Assembly (NCBI GenBank): GCA_046483495.1
Contig: JAWODC010000060.1
Location: 1-63,240 of the forward strand
From: Desulfobacterales bacterium
GTDB taxonomy: Bacteria > Desulfobacterota > Desulfobacteria > Desulfobacterales > UBA5616
Direction: 5' to 3'
Length of the DNA stretch: 63,240 nucleotides
The position numbers were made by a program, and so were the translations under genes. Positions 12,201-21,200 of the stretch are shown one piece after another. The notes under the pieces were generated by a model. The model saw only the letters and a list, made by a program, of their open reading frames with translations. It made no database searches and had not been told where the DNA came from. Position 1 is the stretch's first letter. Every line of letters starts with the position of its first letter.

Positions 12201-15200
12201 GATGGCGGCACGCGATTTGGCATCGAGCACCACACCCGCACCCTCCTCGGTGATTGCATAATCGTCGGCATCGAGACCATCGGCAGAATTGTAAGCATCT
12301 GCATGTGTCGCACCCGCTAGTACGATAGAGTCGTCGATGGTCCCCGCAATGGTGTTGGTGATCACGTTGCCCGAAAAAGCCCCGTTCACCGCCACACCGC
12401 CCGACCCGGCCACGCTGACCATGACCGCCAGGATGTTGCCCTCCAGGTCGACGGGCGAGTCTTCCAGGTTTTCGTTCAGTTCATCGGCCCGGTCCTCCGG
12501 GACCATCCAGGCGGGAAGCAGGCTGGGCGCGAGGTCCGAGGCGTACAGTCTCACGTCTCCCATGGCCGCGATGATCGAATCGAGGATCGATGCCGTGACA
12601 CCGTTTGCGATCACGTTGCCCAGAGCCGTCACCTGAACGGCAAACCCGCCGGAGCCCGCTATTCCCAATGCCAGGGCCCTGATGACGGACGAAGATTCGG
12701 AAATCAGGCTCAGTGAACCGTCGGTTTCCAGCGAAGAACCCGTGATGGCGGTCCCTACCGTATTGGCGATGACGTTGGCCCCCGCGGCCACACCCACGGC
12801 CCCACCACCGCTTGCGGATACCCCAAAAGCCAGGGCATCGATGCTGGAGGTATCTTCTGCCGAAAGGGTGACGTCATCGGCGGCATCGACATGGGACGCA
12901 TTGGAATCGACAAGATTGCCGTCGTCATCGTAGATGTTCTCATTGATGATGGATGCTTCCGTGGTGTTCGTTACCACGTTGGCCGCCAGAGTGACCTGGA
13001 CCGCCGCCCCACCCGATGCGGCCACGCCGCCGGTAAAGCTGAAAATAGTCGACCGGGTGGCCGCGTCAATATCAAGGGTCGATCCGCTGAACACGGTGGA
13101 TGCGGCGATCTGGGCGATGACCGAGTTGGTGATGACATTGGCGCCCACGATGGCCGAGACGGCCGCGCTGCCTGAGGCGGCGATGCTGAGGCCGAAGGAG
13201 GTGATCTGGGACTGGTCGGCTGCCGTCAGGTCCACGAGTCCGCCGGAACGGACCGTCGACCCGCCCGTGATCGAGGCTTCCACGGCGTTGGTGATCACGT
13301 TGCCGAAGCCGGTGGCCTGCACGGCCACGTTGCCGGAAGCGCCCACGCCCACCGTGATGGCCATGATGGCGGCATCCGACAGCGACGTCAGCATGACGTC
13401 GGCATTCGAATTCAAAACGGCCCGAGTGGTCGCGTTGATACCTGCCAGGATCGTAGAGTCTTCGATGTTCGCCAGCACATCGTTGTTGACGACATTGCCC
13501 ATCAGGGAAACGCTCACCGCCACGTTGCCGGAACCGGCCACGCTGACCATGATGGCCAATATGTTGGCTTCCGGTTCGAGGGGCGATCCATCCAGCTTCT
13601 CGTCGAGCGTTTCCTGCTTGTCTTCGGGCAGCATCCACGAGGGAAGAATGCTCGGCGCGATGTCGGAGGCCGAAAGCGCCACCTCTCCGCCGGCCCAAAT
13701 GGTGGAGCCGCTGATCTGCGCGGTCACGTCGTTGGCAACGGCATTGCCAAGAGCGGAAACGGAAACGGCGAAGCTGCTGCCGCCCGAGGCGCCGATGGCC
13801 AGGGCGCGGATGATCGAGGAGGAAGTGGAATCCAGGATGACGTCGGCCGAAGCATTGGTAAGGGTGTCTCCGGCCGCGTTGACCCCGGCCCGGACGGTCG
13901 CCTCGCTGATGAACGTGCCGATGGCGTTGGTGATCACGTTGGCCGAAATGGCGCCACCCGCGGCACCTCCGCTGGGAGAACCTGCCCCGCCGAAGGCCAG
14001 GGCGTCGATGACGGAAGCATCCATGGCCGACAGTACGACATCATCATAGGCCTCGACGTTTGCACCGTTTTGGATCCCGGCTTCGATGGTATTGTTGATC
14101 ACATTTACCGAGATCCCGAAGCCGGCGGCAAAGCTCGAACCGCCGGCCCCGCCGAAGGTCACGTTGACCACCGAGGAGCTGCTGATTTCAGGCATGGTCA
14201 CCCCGGTCGTGCCGAGGCTGAGATCGGAGGGATCGGCTGTCCTGTCCGGCTGCCCGACCCCCGCCTCGAGGGTGACGCCGCCCAAGGTCGAGGTCACGGT
14301 TGAACCGTCGATCGTGGCGAGGATGTCGTTCTCGATGTAAATTGTAGAGGCCGCCACACCGACGGCCCCGCTGGAAAGCGATATGGCGAACCCGCCGGCA
14401 ACCACGACGGCCGTGGTCTTGTCACTGGCTGAAATGCCAATGTCGCCTGTGGCATCCAGGTCGCTTGCGCGGATGATGTCCGCATCGTTTTCATCCTGGC
14501 CGATGACTCCGCTTACAACTTTCGCCTCCACCGTGCTCATGACCACGTTCGCCGACACGGACCCGCCGAGAGCGAACTTCTGTCCGCCCGCGCCGCCCAT
14601 GGTGACGCTGACAAGGACCTCTTTCGCCAGGGCGTCGATGTCGATGGTCGCTGCGGATACGAGGGTCGACGCTTCGACGATGGCGGTAACCTCGTTGAAG
14701 ATCAAGTTGACCCCGATGGCGGCCCCAACGGCGCTGCTGCTCGTGGATATGGCGATGCCGCCGCCCAGGGCCACGCTGATTTCGCGGTCTTCCGCGGTTA
14801 GGGCGACGGCACCGGCGGTTATCGTGCTGTTGAAAATATGGGCGTCGATGTCGTTGTCGAAGAGATTGAGGCCGATGGATCCGGCGATGGCCAGTTTTTG
14901 CGACCCGGCCCCGGCAACGGCCAGGCTGACGATGGTGCCGCGCTCTTCTGCTTTCGCGTCAAACACGCCGGAGGTGGTGATCGTGGAGTTCTCGACAAAC
15001 GCCGCCGTCTCGTTCAGCAGCGTGTTGACGGCGATCGCACCCCCCAGCCCAGCCTTTTTCCCTGCCGCGAAGGCGCCGGCGAAGGTGTAGATGGACGTTT
15101 TGTCCAGGGCCGACAGGGTTACGTCCCCCGTCGCGTCGTTGATGGTCGTGTCCAGGATCTTCGCTTCCGTCGTGTTGTTCACGATGTTGATGGAAACGGT

Positions 15201-18200
15201 GCCCGCCCCGGCATAGCCGCCGGAACCGCCGCCGCCCGTGGCCACGCCCACCGACCCGGTGACCGAGATCACCAGGGCATCGGATGTGGCCATGACGTCC
15301 AGATCACCCGCGGGGGTGAAGTCGTCCAGGTTGAAAATCGTCGAGCTGACGGTGTTCTCGACATAGGAGAACCCGATGGCGATGCCCACGCCCGCCTTGC
15401 CGCCGAACCCGGCGGACCCGCCGATGGCGATGATGCGGGTTTTGTCGAGGGCGTTCAGGATCACGTCGCCGTCCACATCGACAAGGCCGTCCATGTTCAT
15501 GAGAGCTGCCGTGGTGTCACAGGTGATGACGTTGACGCCCACAGAGCCGCCCACGGCATAGGATTTCTGGCCCGATGCGGCCGCAAGCCCGGCCGCCAGG
15601 GAAACCGTCCAGCCGCGCCGCAGGGCCTCGATGGTCAGGGACTCGAGCTCCAGGCTCGCCGCATGGTCGATAAAGGCCTCGGTCTTGCCGTACTGGGCGT
15701 TGATGGTGAACCCGCCGGCAACGCCCACCGAAGTCTTGCCGGCACTCCCCTTGGCGTAAGCGCCCGCTCCGCCGATAGCGCCGACCGTGGTGGTGTTCGC
15801 GGCATGCAAGGACAACCCGTCCACCACGCCGTCAGCATCGCCGACAATGATGGGGCCGCTGTTAAGAATGTAGGCCCGCGTGTCGTCGTGAACCACGTTG
15901 ACCGCCACCGAACCCGAAATCCCCACGCCGGAACTGGACTGCTGCGTGCCGCCGACCGAGTCCTTGACGGATTTGGCGATGTCGCCGGCGATCTTGCCCT
16001 TCTCCACGCCTTCCGTCAGCACTGATGCCATCTTGCTTTGCCAGCTGGCCAGGTCGGCGTTGCTCTGCTTGGTCCCGTCGGACCCCTGGGTCCCCCCGGT
16101 GCCGGGGTTCTTCCAGGTGTCGCCGTCGGGATTATCAGGGGGGGCAGGATTGCTCGACACCTTCGCTCCCGCAACGGCGAGGGTGCCGATGAACCCGCCG
16201 CTTTCTGCGAGGATGTGAACATTTCCGTCTGAAGCGATTGAACCGTTGGCCGTTGTCGGATCGGCGCCGACGAGATCGCCGATAAAGGCCTGGGTGTTGC
16301 GGTCGACGACCGTGACGCCCACGCTGGCGCCCACGCCCACGCTCTGGGATGTGGCGACACTGCCGGTGAGGCTGATCACGTAGGAGTCGTCGTGGGCCGA
16401 GACGACAAGCGAACCGTTTTCAGCCGGGTCGAGGTCCTCATTGTCGAAAACGATGCCCGAATCGATGTCGATCACCGCCCCGTTCTCGATCTGCGCGATC
16501 GTCTTGTTGGCAATCACATTGAAAGTGACCACCCCGTTGACCGCCACCTTGCCCGAATCCCCGCCGGACGCCGCAAAATCTACGCTGAGCACCCCTGTCT
16601 CCGCATCGACCCAGAGGCTGTCGCCATGAATCATCGCCCCGTCTTCGATGGTCGCCAGGGCTTCGCTGATGCCGACGTAACCCATGATGGTGATACCGAC
16701 GGCGCCCTTTCCATCCTTGGCGTTCATGCCGAACTTCGGCAGCCATGTCTTGTCGGTGACCACGCTGCCTTTCACGGCCGACCCGAAGTCCTTGAACGTG
16801 GTCGAATCTGCCCCTATGCTGGGCAAATTGATATTGCCGCCGATGTGCACGGCCTTGCCGTGGCTGACGGCCTGGACCACCACATCCTGATCGGTTCCCG
16901 TGTTCGTCTTCTGGTTGATCCGGGCGCCGCTTTTGATCCGTGCGTCAGCAAGGTCGCTGAGGATCAGCAGGTCGACCGCCCCCGCAATGGCGAGCTTCTC
17001 CCCTGTCGCCGTAGCCTGGGCGCCGTCGTTGAGGATGAAGTAGCCCACGCCGAAATCGCCGGTGAGATAGTTCGAAAGAACGGTAACGAAATTCGTCGCC
17101 TTTCTGGATACGGGGTTGATGGCCTCCCATCGGTCTTCGTCGGTGAAGTCTTCGGTGGTCAGATTGACGACTTCAGGAGTTGTTCCCTTAAACCCGTACC
17201 AGGTCCCCACGTCACCGTTCGAATTGCCGGAACGCAGTTCGACCGTGTCGCCTGTCTCTTCGTCGAGAGCGGCAGGATTTATGGTCACTATCCTATCGGT
17301 TGTCTTGTAGGTGGGGTCTCCTACAGTAGTTTCGACGACGTCCCATTTCGTCGTGTCGCCAAAATCCTCAGTAACGAGATTCACGCCCGTCAAAGCACCC
17401 TTGGCTTCGTACCAGGTTCCCGCGATCCCGGTTCCCGTATGGTTGTATTCCACTTCCACCGTGTCGCCGGATTCGATGTCCACGGGAAACTCGGCGATGG
17501 TGGTGTCCGGGGCTCCCCAGATTGAAAGACCGCCATTAGGTTCCCCGTCATCGCTCGGGTCTTCCACCGTATACGTCGCCTGCTCTGTCAGGGCTTGCAC
17601 CAGATTGATGCCCCACGCCCAAGTGTAATCGCTCAGGGCCTGGGCCTGGATGGTGAGGGTCTCTGCCGCATCGACCACGGCGTTGGTGTTGATGTAGGCG
17701 TCCGCGATATTGTTCAGGATGCCCACGGATATCGCCATGGCGCCGCTGATCTCGCTCGTGTTCTGGGAACCGGCCGTGTCGGAATTGTTCTGCGCGGAAG
17801 CATTGGCGCTGACATAGGGCGCGGTCGCTGCCGTACTGAGCACCTCGATGAAACCGCCGGCGACGACATGGGGATGTTCGAACAGTTCCCAGCGGCTTGT
17901 GACGGTAAAATCCTCCGCACCGAGACTGACGTCTGACAGCGGTTCCGTGCCGATGTACCGATACCAGCTCCCTGCGACGCCGCCTGCCGTATGGGTTTCG
18001 GTCACCGCCACGAGGCCACCGGGATCAATGGCGACCGGCTCCGCGGCTTCCGTGGTGTGCGTCGGCGAAACCCCGATGCGTGAGATGGTGCGGTTATTGT
18101 CGACCAGGACGGCCACCGCGCCCGCGAGGTCGAATTTGGAACCGAAATCGGCCGGCGGTTCCGGGCCGTAGGTGGCGCCTGTGCCGGTAATCTTCTCTTG

Positions 18201-21200
18201 AGCCTTGGCAATAAAGGGAGCGAGGGCGTTCTTGAACTTAGTGATCACTGACCCGGTCGCCGTAGCTTTGGCATCGTCGAGAAAATCGCCTTTCGATGTG
18301 GCGCCCACACCAGCCTGGGCGGAGGTGCCGATCCCCAAAGAAGGAATCACGTACAATTTGCTGATCGGCAGATCGATGCCCAGCTGGTCGGCTTTGACCG
18401 TCACATTGCCGGCGACATTGGCCTCGCCGTCGAGGAATGCATTCGTGTCGCCGTCTTCGACGGTGACGGCGACGGCCAGGGCGACCGTCCCATCCTTGCC
18501 TGCCCCGGACCGTGCCATGGTCCGGTTCCGGTCGACCGTGTCGGCCGTCACGTAGAGGTCGCCGCCGATGTTCAGCAGGGCGGTGTCCGAAATGATCGTG
18601 TTGGCGTCGGAAACGATCACGCTCACCGCGATGGCCGCGGAAATGCCCTTGATGGCCGACGTATCGGCAACGACGTTCATCGAGTGGTCCGTGTGCGTCC
18701 GGAACTCGGCATTCCCGGTGGCGGTAATCGTGCCGGCGACATTCACCTCCGCGTCAGTCACGGCGACCCCGATTGACGGGGCAACCCCGAACTCCAGGAA
18801 GGGAACGGCCTTGACATCGGCGTAAACGCTGGCGTCGGCCTTGAAATTCCTGGCCGTGATCTCCGAGCCGGCGGCGATGTCTATGGAGGCGTCGCCCACC
18901 ACCACGGCGATCGCCCCGCCGATCGATGTGAGACTCTCGAAAAGGCTTCCGAGCAGATCGGCGGCGGTACCGGTCAGGGTGCCGTCCTCGGCATAGAGCC
19001 TGCGGTTGTCGGCGCTCGCCAGGATGGTGACGTCGCGGCCCCTGATGACGGCATCCGTCGATATGGTGACATCGACATTGGAAACATCCACATCCACCAG
19101 GGGCGTCACCAGGGCGCTCTCGTCCATGGCCTCGATGGTGATGTCGCCGGAGTGTTCAGTATCACTCCCTTCGGCCAGGAGACGGGCGCCCGTGCCGACG
19201 GTGATATGGAACCCGGTCAGATTGATGTCGCCGGCAGTGCCGGACGCGTAGCTCGTCGAAACGGTGACGCCGCTGTTGATGGTGATGTTTTCGGAGGTGA
19301 TGTCGAGCTGGTGCCCGGTGAGAGTCAGGTCGCCGAAGATCGTGACCGAGTCTTCGCCGTCGAGGTTCTTGTTGAGCGTGCCGGCATCGATGATCAGGTC
19401 GAAATTGAGGTTGCCCCATGCCCGTACATCGTTATCCGGATCTTCCCCAATGTGGATGTACTCCGTGGTATACGGCGCATTGTACCCGGTATTGATGGTG
19501 AGGGATCCGGTTGGATCTTTGATGGACGTGATGGTGGTTCCGATATCCGTTTCATCCACGATGGTGATGTTGTCGCTGTAATCCCGGAACACATGCACCC
19601 GGTTGGCAATGGAGGGGCGCGCATCGAACACCAGGTCCACCACCGATCCGGTCCCGTCCACCGTCTCCCAGTCCGCCCCGAACCGCAGACTGGCGTAGCT
19701 CCCGCTTCCGAGATGGAGGACGTCGTTGTCCGCGGTCGAATTTTCCGTGTCGTCCGCCAGGATAGTCAAGGATGGGGAAAAGCTGGTGGAACTGCCGACA
19801 TTCAATGTCAGCTCGTCAACGCCTTTTTTGGCATCGATGGTGAGCGAATCGATGGCGCTGTTGAACGTGACGGCCCCGAAGGTCCCGTTAGAACTGCTGA
19901 CGCTGTACCCACTGCCCGAGGGAGACAGGGATATTTGATCATTACCGTCCGTGGCTTTGACTACGAGATGGTTCGCCTCTTCCACATGGGCGTATGTGAA
20001 GGCCGTGCTCCCGTTGAAATTCGTGGTTCCCGTGGTTCCGGTGCCGAAGGATACTGATTTTGTCGACGAACCGGCCTGCACTTCGAAAACGATGCTGTCC
20101 GTGCCGTCTTTGCCGTCGATCGCCAACGCGGCCGTGATGGCAAACTGCTCGACGGTAATCGTGTCGTCTCCCTTGCCGGTGTTGACATACACGTGGCCGG
20201 AGGGCTCGGCAAAGCTAAAAGGGGTGAACTCCCCGTTTTCGGGTGTGATATTCAGCTTACCCGCACCATCTTCGCTGATCCGGAGGGAGACATCCGTGGT
20301 CGTCGGCGCCTCCACGGATGCGAAGCCTGTCACGGGCAGATCCGCAACCACTACCGGGGCTCCGCCGGTCGTTTTCGTGATCAGGATGGAGAGGTCCTGG
20401 ACGATCGTGAGGTAGTCCCCGGCCGCAATCTGGGACGCAAGGCCGGCCACGACATCCTCCAGGTCGTCGCTTTCCCCGGCGGTGTGGGTGTAACTGACGC
20501 CGTCCACCTCGATGCTCCAGGACTGGCCCGTTCCGACCCCCCCGCCGAGGGTGATCCTTGCCGTTGCATCGGCGGGATAGGTGAACGTGCGGTTCTCAGC
20601 CGCGGAATTGTCCACGACCGATTCGAAGCCGGCGAATCTGAGCTTGTCGCTGTCGCGTTCGATCACCCCCGCATCCGCGGATACAGCCGTGAATGTCACG
20701 TCCGTGTAGCTGCCGCCGGAGAAAGTGAGGGTATCCGTTCCTTCGGCCACGCCTGCGAGGCTCATGGGAATTTCCAAATGTGTCGCGCTGCTCACCAGCC
20801 CGTAAGCATTTCCGCTCAGTGTACCGCTCAAGCTCCCTGCCGCCGTTACCGTGAAGCTGTCGTCGAAATCCGCGGAGCCGGTAATGTTTTCTATCTCCGA
20901 GAACTCGAAAGTAGTATTCAATGTCCCGGAGTTTGGCCCATCAATGGACCAGACACTGTCCTGCTGGGGACCGATAAGAAGGTCATTCGCCGAAGAGCCG
21001 CCGATGATTCCGGTGATGTTGTTGGCGCCCTTGAGGCCCGTGGTATAGGCTACGCCATAGCTCTGGGTTAAAACTCCATTGACCAAACCTTCATAGAGAA
21101 CATCCATCGTGGAGAGATCGAGAAAGACGGTGGTCGTGTAAGCCGAGTAGTCGAGGATGTTGGTCCCCGCGCCTTCGATATACCCGTCCATGCCGCCCTG

